Part shown: one piece after another, positions 46,301-58,300 of the stretch | How positions within the stretch are numbered: the stretch's first letter is position 1 | Layout: the number at the start of each line of letters is the position of its first letter | DNA from: Antechinus flavipes | Taxonomy: Eukaryota | Length of the DNA: 64,000 nucleotides | Assembly (NCBI RefSeq): GCF_016432865.1 | Contig: NC_067401.1 | Span: forward strand, 39,432,001-39,496,000 | Direction of reading: 5' to 3' | Translations under genes and position numbers: made by a program | The notes under the pieces: generated by a model | Seen by the model: the letters and a program-made list of their open reading frames with translations, nothing else | Database searches by the model: none | Told to the model about the DNA's origin: nothing

Positions 46301-49300
46301 GAGCTGCAGAGATAGAGGGAGTTAATGTCCTGTAATGAAAGGAGCCCTCCTGGAGTTGGGAAACGGGTTCTAGTCTTGGTGGACCTCAGTGCATCTCTGG
46401 GTGCAGTCACTGGGGAGGGCGGACTCCCTAGCAGGAGCATCTCCAGTCCCTTTACTGACTTGGGAGCGGTATCTTTCCAGAGCCCTGCTGACCCAGGTGG
46501 CTGTGGATGGAACAGCTGGTCGCCATGGCAACACCACTGTCCTCTTCTTGGGGACTGAAGATGGGACGGTCCTGAAGGTGCTCCCCCCCGGAGGGGGGCG
46601 TGGGAACACTGAGCCCATCTTGCTGGAGGAGATTGATACCTACAGCTCTCCCCGGTGAGGTCTTTGGAAGCCATGTTCTGTTTTTATCCCTGGGTTTAGC
46701 TGCAGGACCCATCAGTGGAGCTGGAGAGGGAAGGCCTGGGTTTAAGAAGGCGGACCCTGGATCCCGTCCCCAGAGACTGCGGGAGGGCCTGGCCACGATA
46801 AGAGCCGCTTTTTTGTAGAGCTCTTAGCGGTTTACAGGCCAGCTGGGAGGTGCTCTCTCGGTTGATTTGAGAAGCAGCTAGTAAAGGAGGTTTCACTGGA
46901 AGTCACTGGTGGGAAGGAGGAGGATTCTCCACTGGGGGAGGCCCCACCCAGAAGGCACAACGCACCTCTCGGGCTCCGTTCTGTCTCCCACTGTTGGCTC
47001 TCGGCTAAGTTCCCCCCTCCGCCCCCCCAGGTGTGGCGGGAAGCGCTCAGCACAGTTGGCCCGACGGGTTCTTGGGCTGGAGCTGGATCCCGACGGCCAC
47101 AGGCTCTTCGTAGCCTTCTCGGGCTGTGTGGTCCACGTGCCTCTCAGTCGGTGTACCCGGCATGGGGCTTGTCAGAGGTGAGGAGCAGGGAACGGTGACA
47201 TGGATGCGGCTGGAAGGGCCTGAGGGCGGGAATTAGGAGGATGGATGGGAAGACCAAGAGAATGTATTTTAGGTGGAGAGCAGTAAGAGGCCACTTTGGG
47301 AGGGTGGGAGATGTGACGGGCAGGTCACAAAGCTGGAGGGGAGTTCGCAGTATGGGACATACTACTTTTAAAGGGATCAGACACAGCCCTGCCCTCTGCT
47401 TCCTCCCCAAACCTGTGGGACTCATTTCCTCCCCAGAAGCTGTCTCGACTCTCAGGACCCCTACTGTGGGTGGGAAAGCTTCAAAGGCTGCGTGGATGTC
47501 AGGGGACCCGGCTGGTGAGTGTCTGGTGGGTCCCCTCTTCTGGGGACCTGGGGTGAAGGGAACTTGGGGAGCTGAATGCAGGAGTGGAAGCAGGCCTGAG
47601 TTTCGAGCTGAACTTCTCTTCTTCCTCCCCAGGACTGACCTGGAGCAGGATGGGGACGAGGAGGTCATGGATCAGGGAGACTGCCATGGTAAGGGGGAGC
47701 TGTGCTCAACCCATCCTGACAGGGCTGTGACTGTATCCCAGCTGTGCCCCCACACCCTCTCCCCCTTTCTGTCGTTTTCTACCTCTTCCCCAAGTCTCTG
47801 GGGTCAAGCTCTTGACCTCTAAGCCCCCAGCTCCGTCTCTCCCCCTCACCTTGCCTTTTTCTCTCTCCTCACAGATGGGGCCACTGGGAGTCACTCCGGG
47901 CCAGGGGATTCTGCCTACGGTGAGTTCTCCAGTCGGACATAACCTTGTCTTCCACTTGCTTAACACTTCCTTATTCCCCAGAATCGCAGTTGGGAGGGTG
48001 GGGGTGGCCACCAGGGAGTGTCAGCAGCTCTTCCCGCCTGGTTTGGGAGGTTGCTGAGGAGGGGGGTAATCCAGGGGTTGAACTGTTCTGGGGAACGTGA
48101 CTGAGAGTCGGGACCTCACTGGCTCTGACTTGGTCTCTGTCACCAGAGCCTCTGGGTCCCAGCCCTCCCCCTGAGGCCCCCAGTCCCCCCAATGATGCCC
48201 ACCCCTGGTCCCCGCCCTCCACTCTTCGGGCTCACCTAGAGGGTAAGGCAGGTACGGAGGGACTCGGGGTTGGGGGGTTGCTGCATCCCAAGGACTTTAA
48301 CGGCTTAGTGGCTGGGGTTGGCCCCTTACTAATCCCGTTCTGTTGGTTGCCTCCCCGCTCTGCATGGACAGAGTCCGGAAGGTGTCCTCAGCATGGCTGC
48401 GGGGGGCAGGACCAGGGCCCAGGGACCCCTCAGCTCTGTGTGGCTGTGGGCGCAGGAGCTGGCCCCGAGCCTGCGGGGGGCGGGAGGGCGGCCGAGGCTG
48501 CAGCACGAGGGAGGACTTCCAGAGCACACGGCTCCTCAGCGACCCGCCTTTTCCCTCTCTTCGGCTCCCACCTCCAACGGTCTCTCTGTGCCCCCAGGTG
48601 TCCGCCGAGACCCGCCCCCAGCCTCAGCTCCCGCCACGGTCCCGGTGCCGCTGCTCCTGGCCAGCGTGGCCGCGGCCTTCGCGCTGGGGGCCTCCGTGTC
48701 CGGGTTCCTGGTCTCCTGTGCTTGCCGCCGAGCCTATCGCCGCAATCCCAGGGGAAACAAGGAGGCCGAGAGCCCCGGACTGCCCCGGCCCCTCTCCCTG
48801 CGAAGTCTGGCCCGGCTGCACGGTGGGGGTCCCGACGCCCCACCCCCCGCCAAGGACGGGGACTCCCCCGCCGTGCCCCAGCTCTACACCACCTTCCTCC
48901 CCCCCAGCGAGGCCATGCCGGCCCCAGAGCTGGCCTGCCTGCCCACCCCCGAGTCCACCCCCGAGCTTCCAGTCAAGAAACTCCAAGCAGTGCAGGGGCC
49001 CTGGGAGTGGAACCACAACGGGAACAACGCGGCGGACAGCTCGGCGCCCTCCCGAGGCGGCTCGGGCCCCGCCCCCAGGGTGCTGGTGAGGCCGCCCCCG
49101 CCCGGCTGTCCTGGTCAGGCTGTGGAAGTGACCACCTTAGAGGAGCTGCTCCGCTACCTCCATGCTCCCCAGCCTCCCCGGAAGGGGACAGACCCCCTGC
49201 CCCCAACTAGCCCCTGTGCCCCTCTCCCCTTGGCTGCCCGGGGGCAGCCCCGAGCCCCCCCTCCAGAGCCAGCCCACACTCTCTTTTCTGGCTCCTCCCC

Positions 49301-49661
49301 ACTCCCCCGTGACTGCACCCCTCCCCTCCGCCTGGACATCCCCCCTGATGGCAAGTGCGCAGCCCCATCCCGCCCCCCCCTCTCTGCCCCTGCTCCCCGC
49401 CTCGGGATTGGAGGTACCCGGGGTCTCTCTCCCTCTCCACACCGGGGCCCTCCGGGCCTGCTGACTCGCGTCCCCTCAGTGGGAACCTCAAGATATTCTG
49501 GGGGTCATGGAAGGTACCCTCTGTACCTTGGCCGGCCTGAGGGATACAGGGGACGAGCTCTGAAGAGGGTCGACGTGGAGAAGCCCCAGCTGCCCCCTAA
49601 GGCTCCTCTGCTTGTGACCTCCCCCTCTCAAGCCCCCCCTAGTGGCCATTTTAACTATTGA
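40395..49661 (+). CDS. SEMA6C: Semaphorin-6C, 939 aa (971 aa with the alternative exon)
   Basis: Exons 40395-40512, 41718-41832, 42017-42077, 42181-42237, 42476-42577, 42830-42920, 43679-43798, 43978-44066, 44164-44381, 44655-44786, 45919-46071, 46481-46654, 47031-47177, 47437-47514, 47633-47688, 47875-47919, [48147-48242 alternative], 48598-49661. All are GT-AG and in phase. Signal peptide [17 protein letters not shown], Sema domain ([36 protein letters not shown]), PSI (SQDPYCGW), TM ([21 protein letters not shown]) and Pro-rich tail ending SGHFNY*. Confidence 0.97.
40804..41456. repeat. Minisatellite of ~31 units of ~21 bp: (ACAG)3-[CAC|CGC|TGCT|TGC]-G6, in SEMA6C coding intron 1
   Basis: Units read directly from the sequence: 13 CAC, 5 CGC, 10 TGCT, 2 TGC and 1 with no spacer. 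Confidence 0.97.
43141..43238. repeat. Short GC-rich tandem repeat, 5 copies of ~19-20 bp GAGACCCRCRGCGCCCCCC
   Basis: Read directly in SEMA6C coding intron 6. Confidence 0.85.
43855..43929. repeat. Tandem duplication of a ~30-bp unit (G10-12)CAGCAGGTACCAGGAGCC
   Basis: Two identical units separated by long G runs in SEMA6C coding intron 7. Confidence 0.85.
48147..48242 (+). CDS. SEMA6C: 96-nt in-frame alternative exon of SEMA6C (32 aa, Pro-rich, juxtamembrane extracellular)
   Basis: caccag|AGCCTCTGGGTCCC...CTAGAGG|gtaagg, phase 1-1. Encodes [32 protein letters not shown], resembling the insert of the long eutherian Sema6C isoform. Confidence 0.8.
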
Positions 49662-50439
49662 GGGTCACTACTCCGTTGAGAGAGGGTGTGCCAGCCAGAG
49701 ACTTGAAGGGACACGGAACCCGCACTAACGGCGTCCTTCCTGGACTCGGGACCTCTCCTCTTCCCTACTTATTGCCCATCTTGGGCTTATTTATTGACTC
49801 TCATCGTAGTCTTTTTCCTTGCTCTCCCCCGACTCCAGGGGTTGGGGCCCGGGGAGAGGCCTTGCCTCTCCCTCCCACCACTGTGAGCCAGCCCTACTTA
49901 GTGGGAGCTGGCTGGGGCTCCCACCCGTAACTCCTCCAGCCAAGCTGCCTTAGCCCTCCCCCCCAGCTCCTCCATAGTCTGGGACCCCCAGGCTGGGGAC
50001 GTCCACGATTGGGGGATTGGGGTAGGGTACGTATGTATAGTGTACAGGGTTCTCGGGGCTGCCCGAGACATCAGCACCTCCTACTGTGTAGGAGCCTTCC
50101 GTCACCCCAATACAACGATGTGCCCCCAGACCCGCAGCCTGTTTACTATAGTGGTTGTGCCGATAGTGGGTTGGCCGGCTTTTCTGAAGCGACTGGAGAG
50201 GCTGAGGTCCCCGGGGAGTTAATCAGGAACGGTTTCCTCAATTAGGGAATTAAGGAAAAGGTGGGTGGGGATACGGAAGGCAATTTCCAAGGATCCAGGG
50301 CTTTTGCAGACGCAGGGTAGGAGTACGAGCCAAGGCTCGGGAAGAGGAAGCCGGGGGGTGGCTGTCAGGGGGCTGCAGAGCCCGCGACTGGGGCTTGGTG
50401 GGGGGGAGGGAGGGTGGGTCAAGGGAAAGGCCTGTCCAG

Positions 50440-50940
50440 GCCCGTAAATGCGCAGGGGAGGAAAGGAGCGTGGGCTTAAGCTCGCGGCCTCGCACAACCC
50501 CGCAGGAGAAAGCCCGGAACGGGCTTCCTCACGCGCATGCGCTCTGCACCCCGCGGTTATAACACAGGCAGGCCCCGGCCAACCTTTCTCGAGATGGGAT
50601 TGGCTAGCTACGCCGTCCGTTATCCGAATGGGCCAATGAAAAAAGAGGGCCGGTCGCCGCGCCTCTCGCTGAGTCCTTTAAGCGCCGACTCCCTTCGCGT
50701 CTCCCGGGGATTCCACGTGGGGGTCTGTGCTACGAGGCGCGGCGGAGGAGGCGTCTCTGGCGCCAGCCGCAGAGGGGCGGGAGTTCGCAGCTGCCGACCT
50801 ACATACACCCCCGCCCGCCGCTCAGCCCGGCCCTTCGGGCACTCCTCACGACCCCGGCCCTTTTCTGGCCCCCGCACGGTCGGGCTTTGCTTTTCTCAAC
50901 ACCCACCACCGCGCCTTTGCCCTGTCCGGCTCTGCGTCCT
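50440..50940. promoter_or_regulatory. Orphan CpG-island promoter-like element between the SEMA6C and GABPB2 3' ends
   Basis: NRF1 GCGCATGCGC at 50533-50542, ATTGG at 50599-50603, CCAAT at 50633-50637, CACGTG at 50714-50719 and GGGGCGGG at 50774-50781, all in unbroken CpG-rich sequence. Confidence 0.6.
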
Positions 50941-51529
50941 CCTAGTTTAAAATCTGGGTCTCCCCGCCCCCATTCCTGCCCCGTTCTTTTCGGGCTGCTG
51001 TTGCAATGTGTTCCTAGGCATCCTCCCTCCCTTCATCTGCAAGATGAATACGTGGTTTCTGGGGGACCTCGGAGACCTCTTCCAGCTGCTAATGCAACAG
51101 CTCCATTTGGTTCCGTCCACCCGCCGGGCAGCCTGGCTTTTAATTGCAGGAAGTTCCTTTACTGCCCTCACTTCCCCCCCCCCCCCCTGCCCCCCATCAG
51201 TTACTCTGATTTTGCCCTGCTGCCTAATTCCAGCTGTTCCGTTTGACACGTTTATCACAAGCATCTCCTCTGTGCTAAGTTACTCTGGAGATACAGGGAG
51301 ACCGCCCTTTGCAACCGAAGTGTGTGCTGGGGGCGGGGCGGGGGGATTTGCAGAAACGCGGGCCAGAGGCGGACCCCGCAAAGCTGGAGTAACTAGAAGG
51401 GGGGCATTTATTTGAGGAGGATGAAGCTCCAGCTTAAATGCGATAAATGCCTAGCGGGATCGAAATCAAAAAAGAGAAATCGGGGAGGGAGGGTTCCATT
51501 CTCGTTAAGAATGTCAGTCGGCCAACCAA

Positions 51530-52120
51530 TGTTTGTTTTGTAAGTAAGTGCTTACTGTGTGCCAGGAACTCGGCCAAACACTGGACACAAAGAAACGGGG
51601 GACATCCCCAGGAGAGGGAGATCTGGTTAGGCTTTAGAAAAACCCAGTCCTTAATCGAGAATGGATTAGAGTGCAGGGAACCATTTGCAGCCCGCTGCAT
51701 TAGCCAGGTGGGCTGGTGCCGGTTAAGGTAAGAGGGACAGCATGAAAGTCAATCACAGAATTTGGACATGGGTGGGATGTAGGAGAGCAGGGTCGGGTGC
51801 CTGCGAGGGTGATGGTGTCCTCCCAGCCCCGGCCAGGAAGTCCCCAAGCGGGGAGGGTTGGGGCCAGAAAGTGAATCTTTTTGGACATGTTGACTTTGAG
51901 GTGTCTTGCAAGGACATTCAGTGTGAGATGTCCAAGGGGCAATGGGAGATAAGATGTGACTCGGGGGAGAAACTAGAGCTTTATTATGTAGATTTGAGAT
52001 TCATCTGCCTAAAGATGATAATTGAACTCATGGGAGCTGATGAAAGCACTGAGATAATATGGAGTGAAGGGTGCTCAGCACAGAGCCTTGGGCTGACACC
52101 CACAATTAGCAGGATTTATT
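51530..52120 (-). mobile_element. LINE-2 relic (a + strand L2 tail also lies at ~52210-52265)
   Basis: agtgcttactgtgtgccagg...; ttttggacatgttgactttgaggtgtc...agatttgagattcatctgcctaaagatgataattgaa. Confidence 0.7.
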
Positions 52121-54585
52121 AATAAGGAGGAAGGAATAGGACCTGAAGAGGGAGAAAGGAGGACCTTCTGATGCAAATTCCTTGAGAGGAGGGATTCTTC
52201 CCTTTTACTCAGTCTCCAGTGCCGGCGCATAGTAGGCACTGATTAATAAATGCCTGTTGATTGATTTAGGAGGGTTTCCAACAGGGCCTCACATATTTTA
52301 TGAACTGATGAATATTGAGTAGAATGTCCTTACTAGGTATAGGAAATAATTCATATCAAATAAATGATTCAGGAAGCCCGAACACCTAGGTCTCGCTTTG
52401 CTGATAGAATGGGTGTGACCCAGACGCCCTTGGGAGAACAGAACCAGTATATTGGGAGAGCTGACCAATTTGAAGGGAAATCTTCCCAGACATGTGATAG
52501 TCCAATATCTCCCCCAAACCGAGGCTTGCACCATGGTGATAGTTCACAAACAAGGTCCAGACTAACATTTACTGGGACCGAGGGGAAGGAAGGAAGGAAA
52601 TAAGCGCTTATGAAGGGCCTCCTGGATGCCAGCCATTTTGTAGATATTCCATTTGATCCTCAGAACATAGGAGATAGGTGCTGTTAGTTAGTATTCCCAC
52701 TTTAAAATAGAGGAAACTAAGGATGATAGACATTAAGTGATTTGCCCAGGATCACACAACTAGGAAATGTCTGAGGCTGGATTTGACTTTAGGTCATCCT
52801 GATTCCAGGCCCAGAAGCCGGGGTCCTCTCTCTGTTGTCTGCAAGGGAAGAACAAGTACCCAACAATTTATTTTCTCTCTCCCTCCCACCCCCATCCCAA
52901 AAGGAGCTCCTAAACTAAGAGTCACAAAAAGATTGGGATTTTACAGATGAAAAAACAAGCCCAGGGAACTAAATTGATTGATCTAAGGTCATCCAGGTAG
53001 TGAATGGCAGATTTAGGATTTGAATCCAGATCTTCCTAGGTAAATGAAAAAATCATGGAAAAATCAGCTGGGATCATTGTAAATTAAATGCGGGTCTTTT
53101 ATCCTAAGGGCAATGAGATGGATATACGTGATACATTTATTGTGTGACTTTGGGAAAGACATTTCACTTCTGGGTCTCAGTCTCCTAAGGTGTAAAACGA
53201 GGCTGAAGCAAATGATGGCCCGATGAGAGACTAAGAAAATTCATTTTGGATCTCAGAGCCTTATAAAACTTAAAAGCTTATCATCCTGTAAGGGGCTTCT
53301 GCAATGAACAGCCATTAGTGAATTCATTTTATCAAGGTCCTATTTGTAGCTAATTGTGAAGAATAATCACTTCCTAATTTAAAAACTGTGAAGGTGCAAT
53401 TCACACATACTTTAAAAATTCTCCTGATTTCAAATAAACTGTTAAGAGATGACAATAAAAGGGTAAACCTGACCTTGATTTAGAAATCAATGTCAATAGG
53501 CCGTCTTCCGTTTGCAATTTAGATCTGGTCTTCAGAAAGATCAGAAGCTGACAAAAAGGAGAAGTAGATTCCTCTTGCAAGGATTTCCAAGCTGGAATCC
53601 CAGAGGCACCTTAGAAGGCGGCAGGGCCCTGGGGGGGAAGAGTCCATCACCTTGTGACAAACTCCGGGGATTTAAACACAGAAGGTTCCACGTGGAAATC
53701 ACCAGCTTGGAAAAGCTGCTCTCCCTCTAAGGAGGCTCAGTCCCTGGGGCTGAGCTACACTGTGGTAACTCGGATTAATGTCCCCTAGGCACCTCCTCCT
53801 ACATCTTGGAACTCATCATTCCGTTTCTGCCCTCCAAAGATCAGAAGCTGACCCTTCGAAATTCCTAGGACTCAGGGCAGGGAACAAAATCGGCCCATGC
53901 CATAAACAGGTAGTTTTGTTTAGTTTTAGTAGTCTTGGGGGGACCCGGACCCCCCTTCCCCAACCGGCAAGGCTCCGGCATGCATTTGGTTAACAGCCAC
54001 CAGTTCTTGTCTAGATCGGTCCAGTCAGCGGCCTCTCGGCCCTACTTTTTCCTGGGATTGATGTCACCAATAAAATAAGGTCTGCGAGTTTCCCAGTTTG
54101 CATTTTTCCTGCATTAAACCGCCCAAAGCCAGGTGATCAAGCTCCTTTCTTCATAAAACCAGGGGAGTTTGTGGCACAGAGATAATATTCTGAATCAGCT
54201 AGGAAACAGTCAGTCAAACAGGCTGAAGCTTTGAAAAGGGAACGTTCTGGGCATCTAGTATTTCTCCATTTTCCCAATTCTTCCCCTTGGCGTGTCCTAG
54301 GATTCTGAGCAGACTCCAACCTGATTGTCAGTAGCCCCATAAGTTGCTGTGGGCACTCCTTAGCCAACCCACCCTTTTATTTTTGGAACTTCAGTAACAC
54401 ATTTAAAGTGGTCCCTATTCCTGCTTTTCCTTCCATTAAGAATTAGTGAAATTCTAACACTTCCACTATTCCTCTTCTTCCGGGAATTTTGCTTTAAGGG
54501 AAATATTTTTGTAGGGCTGGCTGGTGAGCAGGATATACAACTTCTGGCCAAATCTACGAAGTCCTGCTCTGCTACTCCTGGAGCA

Positions 54586-54786
54586 GGTGCTCTCAACTTT
54601 TTGCCTCGTAGATCCCCCTCTCCCTCCCACTCTGGCGAAGCCTACGGATCCCTTCTCTGAATATTTTTAAATGCAAAAAATATGTAGGATTGCAAGGAAA
54701 CCAATTATAGTGAAATAAATTTTTTTTCCACACAGGTTCCTTAAAATCTACCCCCAGGCCACTCGGCAGGGGTCAAGAATATCCTA
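54586..54786. mobile_element. Degenerate hAT-Charlie MITE
   Basis: caggtgctctcaactttttg...ggcgaagcctacggatcccttctctgaata...ggattgcaaggaaaccaattata...ggtcaagaatatcct resembles MER/Charlie non-autonomous elements. Confidence 0.6.
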
Positions 54787-55338
54787 ATTCTATGCCCCTT
54801 AAACTCCTTTCCTTCCCCTTCAATCTACACACACACAAAGCCCGGCCTCCCTGAGCCATCTGCTAATGACCCCATTAGCGAGGCGCCACCCCGGCACAAA
54901 TCTCCTGTTTTTTTCCCTCTCTAGGCTCTGGCATCTCTCGGCGTCCCTCAGCAATGGTCTCACCCCACACGAGGGCGAGGCATTTCCTCCACCTTTCCCC
55001 ACCTCCTCCGAGACTTGTTCGTAGGGAAACGTTGGGGGGGTGGGCAAGGGCCGCGCATGTAGCAGGAAGGCCATTCCTTGGAAGTTCAAAGTTGCCAGCC
55101 CATCCCCACCTCAGTCTGTAGCGGTAGAGCAGGGTAAAACAGGTCAGAGAAAGAAAAGGAAAAGGGTGTGGGAGCCAGCTGAGGAAGCAGACTGATGAAA
55201 CAAAGAAGGGATGAGCTCTCCAGCAGCCAAGTCCAGAGGGCAAAGTTCCTACCGGACAGCTTCTGCAGCACGGGATCCAGCGAGGTTTTGGCCAGAGTCA
55301 GGAAGCATTGACATCCACTGAGAGTAAAACTTTGGCGT

Positions 55339-55365
55339 TTTATTAAGAAATATCTCTCCTTTATT
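55339..55365 (-). terminator. Probable GABPB2 polyadenylation signals (two AATAAA on -)
   Basis: tttatt at 55339-55344 and 55360-55365 at the end of an AT-rich 3' UTR-like stretch; implies a 3' UTR of about 3.6 kb. Confidence 0.55.
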
Positions 55366-58300
55366 TTGAAAACAATTGTACAAAATTGTAAATATATATA
55401 ATATATATCTGTATATGTATACATACAAACTCATCAAAATCAAACACTATTTCAATAACATCCTAAAAAGAAAAAGGAAAATATTTAGGTTTTCCTAAAA
55501 GTGTCTTGTATCTAAAGCTGTCAGACAACTTGACAAATCGAGGGCACTTGGAGAAATGGTTTCTGTGCTGAGCGGTTTGAGGGGGAGGCACACTGGGGAA
55601 TGCAGGCTAGAAGGCTGGTAAAGAAGGCAAAGCCGGGGAGGGAGGTTCTGACAGCCTGGCTGCAGGGGGTGAGCTCCAGAACCAGGCCAGGGTGGAAGGG
55701 ATGGGGAGAGGGGGTGCAGGGCAGAGACAGGAACTCCCACACATGGGATGGAAATGACCAAGTAATCATGTTCCCCCGGGTGGAAAAAGCTCATTGTGGT
55801 TAATGCGATGGGGTCAGAGGAGGGGACGAGGTGGAGATCTGGGGCCGCCATTTCCTGATGCTGACACGACTGTTTGCTGGGACACGGTGTGTCAGCAGCA
55901 CCTTGGTCCCCTTCGGCCCTGGAAGGCTCAGAGCTCCCTGGCCGGCGGCCCCAGGCAGAATGTCAAGGGTGCATTCAGACAATTCATCAAATAAATAGGA
56001 ACTGAGGGTGACAGAAAGCAGCATGGAGGGCATTCGGTCCTGCAGTTGGGCTCACCCGCACTCCTGCCTCTGGCCTCTCGGCCAGGCCTGCACAGCTAGG
56101 AAAAGGCCCGAGGGCCTCGTCCGGAGAGATTCCGCAGGCGCGTGGGGACGTCTGACCCTGACCGCTGGGGGAGGGGGCAGGGACTCCCACCGTGGCCAGG
56201 AGGACAGAGAGCAGCGGCTCCCTCTTTTCTGGCTCCTCTGCAGACCAGAGCTGAGGGTGGGTAGCAGTCGCAGCCAGGATCGCCCGGCCGGGCCCAGACA
56301 ATCGGGGAGCTCCGGCTGCAAGGTCCGACACTCTCGAGAAGGCCTGCCCTGGACGCCTGCTCCCTGAGGGAAGCCAAGGCAAGACCAACCACTCTGTCCT
56401 CTCCCTCGCACCTTTACAATGATCTGAGGAGAAAAACACTCCTTTCGGTTCCCTTAAGGCTTTCACCCGGCATCATTTTCCGCAGAGCTGCAGCCCGAGG
56501 AACAGAGAAGTGGAAGACGGGGCTGCGTGTACACATGCGTGCGCGCGGCGTGTCCTATGCCCCCCACATGTAAACACAAGGCACCAGTGAAGCATTCGGG
56601 TCACATGATCTACTCCCTACACAGAGATTCCTATGAAGAATTCAGTTCTTTCAAAGCAGAATAAAGAAAACGAGTCATTTCATCCGTCCCAGATTCCCGG
56701 CGTTACTGAATTGGGAGGAAGTGTGATTTAAAGCTGTGATCAGAGGGGGGTGGGGAGGTGAGACCCCGTGTGCATCTGTATCCTAAAAGAGCCCTTGTAA
56801 CTGAGAAGTCCCCACGGACAATGATGGAAAGGGACACAAATTCATGGCTCACCTTCCCTAAAGTTGAGAAGGAAGAATTCCCACTTGTTCCTTTTTGAGG
56901 AAAGAATAAGACAAATCACCCTTAGACGGTTCCTGACAATAACACTGACATTTCTGAGGCAGCTTTTATTTTAAGAGACAACCCCCAGGGTCCCAAATTT
57001 CCTTCTACTTAGTACGAAATCTCCAGGACCTGCATCTACCCTCTGTGACCATTCTGCCCTCTCGGACCCTCTAAAGCCAGACCAACCAATGAAGGATTGT
57101 GGCAACTACCTACCCCAGCAAATCCCAAAGAGACGCACAGAATTTGGGGGATCACTCTCATGTAACATCAGCCAACCTCTGGTACCATCCTGTTTGAGCC
57201 TTTGTCATACAACCAAAGACCAAGACCTCTCTAAGGGCAAGAAAACGGCGGTTCTTCTCCACCAAAGAGCTTCTGACACGTCCTTGGAACCACCCCCTCC
57301 ACCCGAGGTTCCAGGGAAAGAAGAATAACTTGTATCTGAGGGCAGACCGAGGGGGCTCTGGGGCACGGGAGCAAATGCACTTGTCAGACAAAGAAGAGCA
57401 TCTGCAGCGCCCAGAGGTCAGGGCCCTTTGGCCAAGAGCTTCTAGGGATTTAAAAAAAGGCGTTCAAAAAAAATAAAAATTAAAAAAAAAAAAAGGCATC
57501 CAAGTCACACATGAAGAGAGAACATAAAACAATCCCACCACACATCTCACTCAGGCTCCCCAAAGGGAAGCTGGGAATAGAAAAAACACCCCAAAGTAAC
57601 CGAGAAGACAGCAGGAAGGTGTGAGGGGCCACAAAGGCTTGGGGGGGGCCAAATCAAATTGTTAAACTTGCTTTTGACTTGTTTTCAGAGCTAAGCCCAA
57701 ACTGATTCTGAAACTCTGGAAAACTGCATCAACCTGCTTGGTTAATCAGGGTAAAAAGAGCCAAGTTAACTGTCCGGTTTCTTCTCCAAATTAAAAAATG
57801 CTTCCCCATGAGCATTCCATATGACAACCACCTTAAGGGGACCCCCAGTGCCGACATGGCTCCCCTCTCCCTGGTTTCTTCCCCTGCTTTGCAACAAAAG
57901 AAGAAAGGTTGGAGGAAGGGCCTTTCCCCGAAACACAACTCGGCCTGCCCTGGCGGCCTTCTTCATGCTCCTTTACAACCATTTTTTTTTCCATCTCCAT
58001 CCTGGCACATATGGAGAATGAAGGAGACCCTCCTCAAGTGGCCCGGGGGCTTCTGTTCCTCTTGCAGCAGCCCCGAGTCAAGGCTGACAACTCTGACCCA
58101 GTGACAAGTTCACAGGCACCTGAGCCGCTCTCCTAAGTGCTTCCCGGAAGGCAGAGGCGAAGGGAGAAGTAACGGGCAGGCCCAGAAGGACCCATGGCGG
58201 TGAGATGCGCTCAGTTCGGCCTCAGTGGGAGGAAGAGGCATAGGTGGGTGGGAACGCCGAAGGTTGGGGTAGACAGGGACAGAGGCCAGACCTGAATCCA

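Noticed and set aside
46072-46480. SEMA6C intron starting GTATCC as a possible U12 intron
   Set aside because: The donor continues AG rather than TT, and the 3' end has a normal U2 branch (CTGAC) and acceptor.
54721-54740. Very strong acceptor (T9)CCACACAG|G as an exon of a hidden gene
   Set aside because: It lies within a degenerate hAT MITE, and no matching donor or ORF follows.
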